This document shows positions 13,471-28,014 of a DNA stretch of 64,000 nucleotides, one piece after another. This DNA is from Octopus vulgaris (Eukaryota): assembly GCA_951406725.2 (NCBI GenBank), contig OX597825.1, positions 74,586,001 to 74,650,000 on the forward strand. Reading direction: 5' to 3'. Under the pieces are notes generated by a model. That model was not told where the DNA came from, searched no databases, and saw nothing but the letters and a program-made list of their open reading frames with translations. A program made the position numbers and the translations under genes. The first letter of the stretch is position 1; the number at the start of each line of letters is the position of its first letter.

Positions 13471-15269
13471 ATAAGTTACCGTAAATTATATCGTTAATTA
13501 GTGCTACGTATTTTATAGAAAAACAAATTATCCGATTATTTTATATTTTTCTTTAACATTTCATCCTTGTATATTCCCACGATGCATTCACTTCTAAAGA
13601 TTTAGTTATTTAATAAACGTCTGGCTTATTTGATTGTCAACGACAATAGCATCGTGTACCGAGAAACTTCAGAAGAATTTATGTCCAACTTTTTTCCTCC
13701 TTGTATAGTATGTATATTTACTCATGAATAATTTAGTACTGCAAATATTCCGAATTTATTCTATACGTCAGGGTAATGTGACACAATACGGTATTCTAAT
13801 GTTGTAAATATTTAATATCTTTCACTTCAAAGGCCAGCTGGTTAATCGCTGCATCTATGTACTGCGTAATTCTGTCAGCCTTTCATTTCGAGTTATAAGA
13901 CATTGCATAACGAAATTTATTCGAATACAATGTATTATAATGGCATCACAGTAAGTTATATAATAGTCAGTTTATCGCCATATTTTATGGCGTGCCTGCC
14001 TTAGCTTGTATGTGTTTACCTGCGCACATTCCATATGAAGCACGATAAAATGCATAAAAAATATATAACGTGCGAATTAAAATTACATTACATATAAAGC
14101 ACGAATTCCCATTTTCATATGAAGGTTACTTTGAAAAATATTCCTATTTTCACCTTGATTCTATCATAAGCTTATGTGGTTGCTGCTGCTGCTGCCGCTG
14201 CTGCTGCCCTCGTTGCTGTCACCGACCACATTACGAAGATATCAGATATACAAGATGAATGTAACCAGCATTGTCCTTCTTTACTTTGTAAGAGTTTCAT
14301 CAAAATTTATAGAAAGGTTTAAGGCATTGTTAGCACAATATGCAGCAAATCTCTAATTGGTACTGAAATGTGGTATTTGTGCCAAATCGGAAATCGTTTG
14401 TTGCTTTGCCTTTTATTGGAGTCTCATTTCTGTTTGGGAGGATTTGAGAAACAGTTAATTCCCAACAGTGTGTGCAAATGGAAGATTTAGTACAGACACG
14501 AAACAAATGATAAAACTTTATAAGAATTCCCAGCATGGAAATAAAACCATAAGGCTTTGGAAGATGACCCCAGACTATTGAATTGGCTGGTATTTATTGC
14601 GTGGAATCTAGAAGAATGAAAGGTAATGTCGAGTGTGTTGAGGTTTGAACAATTGCTCTTCATTCTTTTGATTCTGCCAATCAAAAGCATGAAATGGATC
14701 CCCATCGGCTTCGACAAAGAGAATTCATTTGTTTGATCGACAGAATTACAGAATTACCATCTCTTTGAGTTAGAATGTGACTGAGTATTCCGCAGACAAG
14801 AATACTTTGAACCCTGATTCCCGGGAAGAATCAACATGATATTGTTTGACAAGACTAGACTTTTAAATTACAAATAACGGACTTCTAAACTATTTCCTTC
14901 AAGCCCGTTTCACTCACAACTCGAGCCCCAGGCGATAGTAGATTCCACTTACCCAATATTCCATGCAGTAAGAAAGAACTCGGAACGTCGAAATTTCAAA
15001 GCAAATTTCTTGACTATTTGGTCGTAATGCTTTCTTTCAATAAGAGCATCTTACTAGAATATTACTAGAATACATGGATGATCTTGTAGTTAAGGTACTC
15101 GACTAATACTCATAATATCGTGGGTTCAACTTCTAGATCGACTATCACACTATATTCTTAAGTAAGGCACTTCATTTCAAGTTGCTGCAGTCGACTCAAC
15201 TGTAAATAAATGCCACCTAGTTCCTGTCCAGCTCTCTGTATGTCTGTCAGTATTTTTGTATCTCTCTTC

Positions 15270-15300
<31 letters not shown>

Positions 15301-15810
15301 CACACACACATACATACACTGAGTCATTCACTCACTCTTTCTCATTATGTGTCTCCAGCTGTCCCGTCCTGGATGAGCTGTTGGTCCAATGGTACGTGGG
15401 ACGAGACCGTGTCTTTGTCGTCGGATCCCCACTATATAGGTATCTAAAACAGTTAATGAAACAATTGTAAGGCACGGTACACGTTGCCAAGCCATACATT
15501 CGTCTAAGTTCATTCAAAGTTTTAAAATATTGTTACCAGAATACATAGGAATTTTTAATACGGGCTGCAACGAGAATATTTCTATTGTGACTTTTGCATC
15601 AAATCTTGAATCATCTATTGGATTGTCCATTATTGGAGTTCATTTCCAAGACTTCGTAAAAACTTAGGAGTGTACTGCTATGATTTCTTAAAGAAATCTT
15701 AAAATTCACTAATTACTCTTTTAACACTTTCATGTTAAAAAATTAAATATATTATTAAAATAAAACCTTATAATTATCATTTATGGGAGTAAAAGAGAAG
15801 TGGATAGACA

Positions 15811-15961
15811 TACAGTCGTGGCCAAGAGTTTGGAACATAGGTCTGAAACTTAGAATTTTTTAAATGCCCAAATAGATACGTTGTATATATTTGAATCGAA
15901 TCTAACCTGGGCGTAACAGTTTTTATTTTTTTAATGTTCCAAACTTTTGACCACGACTGCA
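15811..15961. mobile_element. Tc1-like MITE (about 150 bp)
   Basis: TIRs 'ta cagtcgtggccaagagtttggaacat' and 'atgttccaaacttttgaccacgactg ca'; CAGT terminus with TA target (right TA mutated). Confidence 0.85.
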
Positions 15962-16835
15962 ATCGTAAAAGAATTGGGCAAAATACCACGTGATATTCAG
16001 ATGCGACCCTTTAAATTCTGAATTTATATCCCTATCCCAACGAGATCTACTTTGATGTTCATTTTCCGCGTATCAGTAAAACAAAGTAATAGCTGTAAAG
16101 TATTGGGGCCGATTTAATTGTATATCCCCTTCTGCCGAAATGTGGAGCCCATTTATAATTTCGTCCCTCGTAATTTTAATTATAAGGTTAAATAGAAATG
16201 TTTTTTCTAAGCTACATTATGGCTTGGCATAGTAACTAAATTATTTTTTAGTTCTTTCATGAGAGTTGAGAATGTAAAGTTTAAATTGAAGCTGGATTAA
16301 GAATAATTTATAAATAACTAAATGACGTATATGGATTTGTAGTTTTTTTTATCCTAATGGCTTAAGAGCAGAACGTAGGTATGTAGGCTTAATTCACTCC
16401 TTGATTATTTATTAACACTGACTTGTCTACAGAAAACCACTTAGACTTTGTATTTCGTAATTTCAGTGTCAATAAAGAAATTACAGAATAGATTAAATAT
16501 CGATGCCATATTGATTGTAAGATCTATAGCTTTTTGGTTTGGTTTCTTGGTAAGAAATTCGCAATAGAATACCAGCCTTTCTAGAAACATATGCTACCGT
16601 GATATATATACTTTAATAATGGAAACTTGGACAAGCTCCAAAATCTTTACAAATATCTTGGAAAAAGAAGAAAAACTTACATTGACAAATGTAAACTGTA
16701 TTCCTTAGGAACTACGAAGCGTGATGTTACTGACATATATTGAAAATTGAAAAATTCGGTGAAAATGGAATTCAAATCGTTGACGCAGTATAACAACTCA
16801 TATTAGATATTTCTTGGCAAAGTCACTTAATATTG

Positions 16836-17050
16836 GTTTCAAATTTTGGCACAAGACCAGCAAGTTGCGTGAGGGTTTAAGTCGATTACATCGACCCCAG
16901 TCCTCAACTGGTACTTATTTTATCAACTTCGAAATGATGAAAGGCAAAGTCGACTTCGGAGGAATTTCTTTTCAGAATGTAAAGACAAACGAAATGGCGC
17001 TAAACATTTTGCCCGCCGTGCTAACGATTCTACCACTTCGCCGTCTTAAT
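16836..17050 (-). mobile_element. SINE family A with 14-bp TSD
   Basis: Full head-core-tail; flanking direct repeat gtcacttaatattg at 16822-16835 and 17051-17064. Confidence 0.92.
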
Positions 17051-17638
17051 GTCACTTAATATTGATTAGACAAACTAAATCCCAAAGAGCTTCCTTTTTA
17101 TGCTCCGAAACTAACATAGTAGTTGCATCTTTAGTTATCTATTGACCCACAATGATATACTCTGCCCGTATTTTGAACAGCACTGCTACTACATACAGAA
17201 ACGTACTTGACTTCGTATATAATAAAGCCATCAAGCTGATTCCCAATGATTCACACAGCAAAGCATTAAAATTGAATGACGATTTTAAGCTGATGTTGTT
17301 TCAGTTGCGTTCACCGAGTCTATTTGCAAAGACTTTTATCATACATCAAGTCATTTACTTACAACATTTTTACCTCTCAGAGGACATCTAATTACAACCT
17401 AACGGAAATCCTCCATAATGACATTTCTAAACTAACTTGTTCATTATAGCTTATCTCAGATAAAACATCGTTATTAATCAAATGAGAAAGTGTATTACCA
17501 GTATTTACCTTCTTAATCCAAAAGTAATTAATTTCACTGTATTAATTAACCGAGCTAGCAATGATTTCTAGTTAGCATATGTTTACTATCTTCAAGATTC
17601 TTTTTTATTTTTTGCTTAAACACAAATTCTACACTTAA

Positions 17639-17783
17639 TAGGCGCAAGTGTGGCTGTATAGTTAAGACGCTTGCTTTCCAGCCCTGAAGAGCAAGTGTCT
17701 TCTACTCTGAACTCTGGCTGACCAGTGGCTTACGAGTAGGTTTGGCACATGGTAACTGAAAGAAGCTCGTCCTGTACATAAGC

Positions 17784-17832
<49 letters not shown>

Positions 17833-18042
17833 TATGCGGTGTCTTTGTGCTCACCGTCACGTGATAAACAGTGTCAATTTGTTTACGTCCACGTAATTTA
17901 GCAATTCGGCTAAATAGATTGATAGAATGAGTGCCAGGCTTTAAAATAGGTTCTGGGATCGATTAGTCTGATTTAAAATTCGTCAACGCGGGGCACCAGC
18001 ATTGGACGTTATCTAATGACTGAAACGAGGTAAAGAAAAAGA
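17639..18042 (+). mobile_element. SINE family B, diverged full-length copy
   Basis: 'taggcgcaagtgtggctgt...' through 'aatgactgaaacgaggtaaag', with internal (TA)n. Confidence 0.8.
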
Positions 18043-18182
18043 GAAAACTGAGATATACATTACACAAAAGAGAGACCCAAATTATTACACTAAATTCATC
18101 AATGGAAGTGTGCATACATGTGTACATAAACACATATGCGTATATCCATAAATACAAACACACACACACACACACACACACA

Positions 18183-18216
<34 letters not shown>

Positions 18217-18985
18217 TGTGTGTGTGTATATATATATATATATATAAGATAGATAGATATAGATATAGATATAGATATATATATATACACACACTTATTT
18301 TTCACACATTCACATATCAACATGCATACACATATGTGTGTGTGTCTGTGTATGTCTGTGCGTTTATATGCGTACTGAGCATAGTATATGATGTCCGTAA
18401 TTCTCAACATTAAATTGTCTCACGATAAAAAGATACCTTGTTCTATCAAGGAACGAAAAGATGGCAACACCGGAGTCACCTGGCATCCATGTTCTCACTT
18501 TTCATAGTTCACATTATTATTCTGAAAAAAACTGGTAATCACTAAATGGTAGAGCAGACCACTCGGATAAGATAGATTCCGATGGTTCTCTATCCATAGC
18601 GAATTTTTACAAACGGAAACAGAAAACGAATGTCAAACTATGTTGAAAACAAAATTGTCGATGAAAAGTTCGCTCAAAATTTGAAATATTGACAACGAAC
18701 ACTTACGTACCTATTCAACTGTTGAGAAAAAGTTAGATGTCTTCAAAAAAAAACAACAAAGAATTTGAATGGAGGAGCGATCGAAACAAGCAGCAGTCCA
18801 ATCATCAGAGATATAGCGAGTCTGTAAACAAAAGCAAACGGTTAGGCTGGGTGTTTCGAACAACGCACCGTATAATTAAAGCAGACGATAGAAAGAAGTG
18901 ACGATAGAAAGCTGTCAAAACAACAGTGAAAATATAATAGATGAACGACCTATGGGACATAACTGAAAAACTGGAAGCTGACTTC

Positions 18986-19310
<325 letters not shown>

Positions 19311-19384
19311 GGCACAACCTTTCCAAATCTGTCCGTGCATGAAATAAAGAAAAAGAATATAAAAACAACGTGGAGATGAAGGTA

Positions 19385-19415
<31 letters not shown>

Positions 19416-19835
19416 CACACACTAACACACGCACACACACTAACACACGCACACACACACGTCTCAATCAATGAGAAAAGAACAGGAGTTTTTGTCATTT
19501 ATTAATTGATATTATTCTCTATGCTCTCCTGACGCTTTACTCAAAGGCAGAAATAGTGGCTATTAGTATCTCTATCCCTAAGCGAAATCATTATATATCT
19601 ATCTGTCTATCTACATCTGCACGCGCGCACGCAAGCGTGTGTGTGTGTGTGTGTGTATGTGTGTGTATGTGTGTGTATGTGTGTGTATGTGTGTGCAGTT
19701 TATGCTTGAAATCGAAATTTCTATCACTTCTCAGAGATTTATTATCATTATTATTTATATTTTATTATCATAATCATTATTATTATTATCATTATTATTA
19801 TTATCATTATTATTATTATTTGTTGTTGCTGTTGA

Positions 19836-20041
19836 AGTGGTTAGCTGGTGCAATCGTTAGCACGCTGGGCGAAATGTTTAGTATCATTTCGTCCGTCTTT
19901 ACATTCTGAGTTCAACTTCCACCGAGGTCGATTTCATCCTTTCGCTATCGATAAATTAAGTACCAGTGAAACTCTGAGATTGATGTTATCGACTCAGTCC
20001 CTCCGCCAAAATTCCTCTCCTTATGGCAAAATTTGAAACCA
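19836..20041 (+). mobile_element. SINE family A between (ATT)n/(ATC)n tracts
   Basis: Head 'aatcgttagcacgctgggcgaaatg', core, and tail 'aaaatttgaaacc'. Confidence 0.85.
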
Positions 20042-20173
20042 TTATCATTATCATTATTGTTATTATTATTATTATCATCATCATCATCATCAACATCGTC
20101 ATCATCATCATCGTCATCATCATCATCGTCATCATCATCATTCATCATTATCATTATTATCATTATCATTATT

Positions 20174-20686
20174 GAGTGAGAGAGCAGTGCATGCCATCAA
20201 AGTGATACTGGGGTAAAATATTCGAAGCCCAGTATACCCATCATGACTACCCGTCTGATTAGGGTACACCAGGCACATGCATCACAACCATATGTGCGCG
20301 CCATGATGATCTCATATCAAGATAAACAGCGCATGACCTTGCAGGTGGAGCCCAGTTACAATTTTCTTCTGGTCGAGTAGCCCATCCCGCTCAAAAGGAT
20401 ATTGAACGAACAACCCATGTTTCCAACTATGAATTATCCAAACCTCCAAGAATCCATTTCAACACACGGCTATGATGCTCCCCCACTACTTCTGCTCATG
20501 ATCAGATATGCACATATCGTCAGCCTCTAAGGGACATGCTCAACTGGTTACGGTCAAACAACTGACAAGCAAATCCATGGTACTGAGCAGAATATTTGCT
20601 ATAGCCCATCTTTTGTACATGATAGCACTTCCAATCAGATAAGATCAGAAGCCATGAGAGCCACTGCCTGGTACTGCATCAGGGCA
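20174..20686. mobile_element. Unclassified ~510-bp non-coding insertion within an (ATT/ATC)n tract
   Basis: GC-richer block with sharp boundaries, flanked on both sides by (ATT)-type repeats; no long ORF. Confidence 0.5.
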
Positions 20687-20703
20687 ATTATTATTATTAT
20701 TAC

Positions 20704-20766
<63 letters not shown>

Positions 20767-20777
20767 CATTATTATTA

Positions 20778-20835
<58 letters not shown>

Positions 20836-20980
20836 TGAGCAGGCGGAATCGTTAGCACGTCGGGCGAAATGCTTGGCAGCATTACTTCCGTTTTCCCGTT
20901 CTGAGTTCTAATTCCGCCGAGCTCAACTTTGCGGGGGGGGTCGATGTTGCTGGCCTTGTGCCTATAGTAGAAAGGATTAT
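20836..20980 (+). mobile_element. SINE family A, internally deleted
   Basis: Head and B-box present; tail 'ggccttgtgcctatagtagaaaggatt'. Confidence 0.8.
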
Positions 20981-22064
20981 GTTTCTTATCATTCTCTGAC
21001 AGGAACAAATGATTTTATACCCTCGTTCTGAATTTTAATAGCCTCCTTCTGAATATCGGAGATCATATTGAATATTCACAAGACCATTAATCTTTGTGGA
21101 GCTGCTGTGGACGAAGGAGAAGAGAGTTGTTGATTCAATCGATCTCAGAACTTGATTTGTATATAATTTATTGAATCAGAAAGATGAAAGGTAAAGTTGA
21201 CCTTGCTGAGATGATCGGAGATCTCATAGAAAAGCCAATTATATCCTCAGGGAACGTACAGACATATCTAAATACCATAAGAGCTACTTATCCGACATCC
21301 ACAGATTCCGTTAGATCCCTTCCTCTTTCTACTATCCAATTACTCTCTATTCTATAGAAAAACCATTCCAAGAAATCACTATTCATAGAGTGCAAATTAA
21401 TATAAACAGAGAAATAAGAACTGTTAAATTATATTTATTTTCTGTGCAAGCACTACAATTACTTTATCAGAGTTTAATAATTTCGCCTTTTCATGTTTTA
21501 TGGAAATGATTTCGAAGAAATATCAAATATTAATATTTGGTGATAATTATTAATTTTCAAATTTAGCTTTTAGTTGTTTGGTTTGGTACTGTCGAACCAA
21601 TTTTCTCTATAGAACATCGATATTGAGAAAACGTTGTCTGATATCAGTTCCGAAGGGATTCTGCACCAGTGTTTAAACCTTTGATGTCGCATAAATTTTC
21701 TCATTTTCATCAAATATTCAAACCTCCCACCATCATCTTCTTTTTTTATCGCATGAATATTAATGATTAATTCGCAAATGACTGTTTTTACTTTATCTGT
21801 TAGAAGAGATAAGAAATTGAAGCGAATCTGTTTTTAAGGATGTAAACGATGCTATGGTATAATTTGAAGGAAATTTGACTGCAGTATCTTCCTCTAATGT
21901 CAGATGAACCAGTACATATACCACCCCAGGCACAAATTTAATAATGACTAATACGCGTACTTGTATGATTCTAATTTTGGTACAAGATGACCAATTTTCG
22001 TCGGAGAAAACCTGTAAGAAATGCTGCGAAGCAATTTGTCCGACGTCTTAACGATTCTGCCAAT

Positions 22065-22368
22065 CTTTACCTATTTCAGTCATCCGACTGCGGCCATGCT
22101 GGGGCATAACAATGAAAGGGTTTTAGTCGAACAAATCGACTGTAGGACGCATTTGTTTTAGCCTACTACTTATTCTAACGGATTTCTTTTTGCTGCACCA
22201 CTAGCTTACGGGGACGTAAACACCCCATCACCGATTTTCGAGCGGTGGTGGGGAACAAACGCAGACACACGCACACACACATATATATATATATGACGGG
22301 TTTCTTTCAGTTTCCGTCTACCAAGTCTCTCATAAGGCTTTGATCGGCTAGTGGTTATAGTAAAAGAT
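22065..22368 (-). mobile_element. SINE family B, headless
   Basis: 'gactgcggccatgctggggca...ttacggggacgtaaacacc...tttcagtttccgtctacc'. Confidence 0.8.
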
Positions 22369-22533
22369 AGATTCCGTTGAAAATTTATAGATACAGCCAG
22401 GGAATAATACAGAAAAAAACAATAAAGAAACAATAATAAGAAATATAAGGAGAATAAAATATACAATAGATAAAGCATTAGATGTATGAGTACCCAGATA
22501 TAGTTACTTCCATACCCGCGCTTGCAATCCTTT

Positions 22534-22573
<40 letters not shown>

Positions 22574-22938
22574 GATCATTTTATTGAGTTAGTGTGTAGA
22601 TAGAATGTCCCGAAAAGAATGGCCAGAATTATCCAGAGTAGAACTTAATACAAATGTTCTAACAAATAACTGGGCTTTGTCTAAGGACTATAAGACTACT
22701 TTTGTTGTATTGGTTAAGTATGGTTACTTATGGTAATAGTTACTCTCCAGGTACTGCTTTTCGAAATGTAATATAGTAGTGGTAATATAATATAGAAATA
22801 TAACATAATGTAGTTTTAATAGCCTATAAATACTAAATAACTTAGTTTTAAGAATATAGAATAACCACATGATTTAGTTTCAATAATATATTATAGAAAC
22901 ATAATATCATATAATTCTAGTAATATAGAAATATTATA

Positions 22939-23943
22939 TACGAAATGGTATCATAAAGTTTCCGCACTAGTTCTGTAGCGCATCATCAGATGGCAGAACA
23001 CAGTTGCTTGCACAGTGAAAGCTAGCAGTGACCTTCATGGGGCAGTGTGCCGTGTAGCATCGCCGTGTTCACGTCGCAATTTGTGAAATCTGTGTTTTTG
23101 TGATCACGTGCATGCTGTAGTCTGCGATTTTTGTAATGGACAAGATGTTGGAAGAAATCACCAACGTGAAATCTTTCGTTAAACCTGGAAAGTCTGCTAC
23201 AGAGACATTGATCATTCTTCGGCAAGCTTACGGCGACGAGGCAATTGGTGGTACGCAATGTTTTAAGTGACACGGGCGCTTCAAAAGCAGAAGAAGGTGA
23301 TCCGCTGTACGCGCGGGTGAGGGTGTGGATGTTACTTTCTGTTGCTTCCTTTCTGTTTCTTATCGCCACATTCTCCCTCTTTGTTTCTCTCTCCTTTCTC
23401 TCTCACTTTCCCACTCTCTTACTCTTCCTTTCTCTCGGACTCTCCCTCGCTTTCTGTTACTCTCACCGCCGGAAATGCGGAGAAAATTGATCGGCTTGTG
23501 GATGGAGATCGTCGGAGGATAATCAACGAGGATTTGAAGAATTTGGGGGAGGACATTCAACGAAAGCGACCGGAACTGTTGAGCGCGAAGAATTGGATTC
23601 TTCACAACGACAATGCACTCGGTCACCGAGTGAGTTTCTCGCCAAAAATAAAATGGCGTCGCTTCCACACCCGCCCTATTCGCCAGATTTAGCACCTGCA
23701 GACTTCCATCTCTTCCCCAAGAGGAAAATGCAGCTGAAAGGTCGCCGTTGTAATACCGTTGACGAGATCAAGTGCGAATCACAGAAGGTCTTTGACTCGC
23801 TTACAGAAAACGATTCCCAGGCCGGATTCCAAAAGTGGCAAGAGCACTGGGACCGGTGTATTGTCGTGTAAGGTGACTATTTCGAAGGAGGTGACATTAA
23901 AATTTAAACGAATAGTCCGGGAACTTTTTGATACCATCTTGTA
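22939..23943 (+). mobile_element. Internally deleted mariner element with both TIRs and TA TSDs
   Basis: TIRs ta-cgaaatggtatcataaagtttccgcacta / tagtccgggaactttttgataccatcttg-ta; N-terminal GKSATETLIILRQAYGDEA; catalytic end WILHNDNA...HPPYSPDLAPADFHLFP; middle of the transposase deleted. Confidence 0.92.
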
Positions 23944-24760
23944 ATTATATTAAAAATCAGTTGTCACTTGTGAGCGAGTATGACTCGGTAATATGAACGA
24001 CATTTTCGCTTCTGATTTTAGGTGCTTGTGTAGCCATGAGCAGGCGAATTCATTCTCATAACTCTCATATTCTTTGACTGAGAATAAGACGAAAACGAAA
24101 TGACTTTGGAGGTAGACAGGGCTGCAGGTACACATTTTGAGTAGGGTAGAATGGAGAAATGGAATTTCTTGCTCAGGGACACAAAACACCACCCAGTAAG
24201 ATAATGAAACCACAACGTTATTATGGTTGTGAGTTCTGATCACCAGGCCATGCGCATACCATAATATAATTTTAAGACTTTCGATGTCGTATTCAGAAAA
24301 AAATATGAACTGTTCAAGAGTTATTTCCTCGAAAGATAACAAGTAATAATGGATTCCATCTTTTTTCAGCAATAATCTACATGCGTGGCTTATTTTATTC
24401 GTTACTTTTATTTTTCTAATTTTTATATTCCCCGCCATTCAGTTCTATGCTAGTATTTGTAATTGCATCGTCTTACTAATATTAGAAAAAAACACAGATT
24501 CATATATAAAACAATATTTTATCCAGTTTTTTTTTATTTTCTTTCTTTATGTTACTTGAGAAAATGAGCATTAATTCGACAATAATCAGCTAAGTAGTTT
24601 TGATCTGTCTTTTTATATACTACCATAATAGTTGACTTGACAGGGTCAGTGAGTGCTGGACCAGAATGCTCTGTGGAATTTAGGTAATAAATGACAGGGT
24701 CATTAGAGTGCTGGACAAGACGCTTTGTAGGTATTTATATACTTCTCTTATGTAGTCTCT

Positions 24761-25045
24761 GTGAAGGCGCATTGACCGGTGGTTGAAGCGTCGGGATTAC
24801 AATCGTGCGGTTGTGAGTTCGATTCCTGGATCGGGCTGTGTGTTGTGTTTTTGAGTAAGATACTTTATTTCACGTTGCTCCAATTCACTCAGTTGTGTCG
24901 GCTTTGTCCTTTCCATTGGACAACTTCGGTAGCAACGAGAGGAGAGACTACCATCCATGAGTGACTCCTGTTCTTCCAGAAACAATCTTGCCCAAACCTG
25001 CACCTCGGAGAACTATTTTTTCATGACTGAAAGGGGATCTTTCTT
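24761..25045 (+). mobile_element. SINE family C
   Basis: 'gtgaaggcgcattg...gtgagttcgattcctggatcgggctgtgtgttgtgtttttgagtaagatactttatttcacgttgctcc' (tRNA head plus CORE-like). Confidence 0.85.
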
Positions 25046-26825
25046 CTATTCGCCACATGATTTTCAGCTGCTCTGTATCATGTTACAAATTATTAATAAG
25101 AAAATGTAAACATTCAGCTCTTCAAACGTCTATCTGTTCGCTGAATTTTGTACGAGTGGCTGAACATTCTCCAGAGACGAGCAACTTTATCGCATATCTC
25201 AAGTAACACCTACGCTACACAGCATGACTAGGTTTAATTATAGACACAATCCATGCGACTGGTTTTTGGATAGCTTCCGTCTATCCAGATTTATTCAGAA
25301 TATTTAGGTCGACATGGGACATCGATAACTTGCGCGTCTGTTTTCTTATCTCCTCTAGCAGATAAAATATAAACTTTGCTAATTGCTGAAGAAGTCCTTT
25401 GCTAATTGCTGAAGAAAACATTAATATTCATACGGTAAAGACGTTAGAAGATTTGAATATTTAAGAATAAAAAGCGAATATTTATACAACATCAAAGATT
25501 TATGACTGGTATAGAAACTTTCAGAACTAATATGAGACAACTTTTTTCTAAATATTGATGTTTTAGAGAGAAGACTGATTTACTACAACCAAGATTCACA
25601 ATTAAAATCTAAATTTAAAAATTAATAATTATCACCAGATATTAATATCTCTTCGAAATCATTTCCATAAAGAAAAGCGAACTTCTTAAACTTTCTGCTA
25701 TTCCTGCTGCATCCAAAGCTCAGTAACAAGGGCAATAAGGGGCACCTTTCCTCGAGTGACGGGCAAAATAACTTACGATATTTGCTTTCGTTTATATATT
25801 ATATAAAATCAAATCCGAGAATGGTTGAATTTTATAACATCGTTCGTAGACACAAGGGAACAATCAGTGAAGCCGATTTGAAGGTGCACTCCCCTGGAAA
25901 CTGCGGCTTTGTGGTTACGTTAGAAAGCACTATACATAAACAATGGTCGACAGAATCGGTAAAGCTCTTGACAAAATACATTAAGGTGTATAATTAAGTA
26001 TATTTATTGTTCGGAATTAAAATTCTGCTGGGTATACACAGATTTTTATCTATTCAGTCGCTATAGAAGAATTCCTGTTCAGCATTTAGTTCTAGCGGTG
26101 TACCGTTTCTGTCAATGACCCGAGATTTAATCGACTGTGATGTACTGCAAATTTGTGTAAATGTTAGGTTTGCTTCATATTATTCTCTCGTTAAGACAAA
26201 CCTATTATTTGTTATTTCTACTCAATGACTTTAGCTTTGTTTAAATAGCTTTCGATACGATATAGAAAGGCTGAATATAAATAGGTATTTGAAAATATTA
26301 TTAGCTTTCTGCAGAACTGATTGGTGGAGAGATGCAATAGATAGAGTATGATATACAATAGATAGTGTATAGTCTAAGAATTTTTATTTGAGACGTTTTA
26401 TTTATTTGATAATATTTATTTGAGTCTAAGCTACGTTCAAATCACAACGCAGTCTACTTTTATGTTAAAATATTCCAGGTTCATGAGATGAAATAAGTAT
26501 CTGTTATATACTCTTTTCGCTGTATTGTGTATTCGTTTCTCTTTTTGCATCTGTTATTTTTTATTATTGATTTTCTGTATAAATAATGCTATATCCTTTA
26601 ATTTACTGCTTTTCTTTACATGATCCGTGAAGATACCTTGCGAAATACTGATTTTAACGAGTAATCTTTATTCATTATTCGAAGAGACACATCTACACCG
26701 ACGGATGCTCCTAAACCAGTTCCTAAATATCCCACCCCTGAGGGATCGACGCTAGATGAGTTGAAACAATCGTAGTGATAAATGAAAATTCTCGTGTCTT
26801 CCGTCTTCCGTTTCTCTCATTAATC

Positions 26826-27170
<345 letters not shown>

Positions 27171-27255
27171 CTTTTTACAGATTAAGTCATTTCGGCCATT
27201 TTACAGGAACAGTTCTCCCTGAGGCACGTTAATGATATATTTGTGTGTGTGTCTA

Positions 27256-27286
<31 letters not shown>

Positions 27287-27506
27287 GTCTGTTCGGATGC
27301 TTTTGTTCACATCGACATTTTACATACTGAAATTTGATTAAATACACTAACCTACCTACTTGCCCAGAAGCACTCAACAAATATGCTGGAGACTAAATAT
27401 ATGTATTAACAGTATGAAACTCCTGTATTACTTTAGGTTTCATCGCTGTACGTAGTCTCGTCTGCGAACTGAAATTAATGCAGTGCTAGAACACACACTA
27501 AATACA

Positions 27507-27742
27507 TACACGGGCTGTTCGGGCTAATTTTGACAGATTGTATGAAGGGAAGAGAAAACACAACATCCCTCAAAAGTATTTTTAAAAGATCAAAAACTAT
27601 CAACTAGATTAAGGCTGGGAGTAACAAGTTACTCGAAATAGTCGCACTCATCATCCAGCACAGCCTCGAGATGGCTCCGGAATTTGGTGCATGCCTTCCT
27701 CACTATACCCCCACCGCATATACATGCGGATATATATATATT

Positions 27743-27839
<97 letters not shown>

Positions 27840-27952
27840 TATATATAACAGAAACAGCTGTAAGATGAGATATTGTTTTATATAATCAATAATTAATAAT
27901 TGATGTTTATTATTAATTTTATCTCCATTTTCTTATTGTTCCTCACACACAA

Positions 27953-28014
<62 letters not shown>

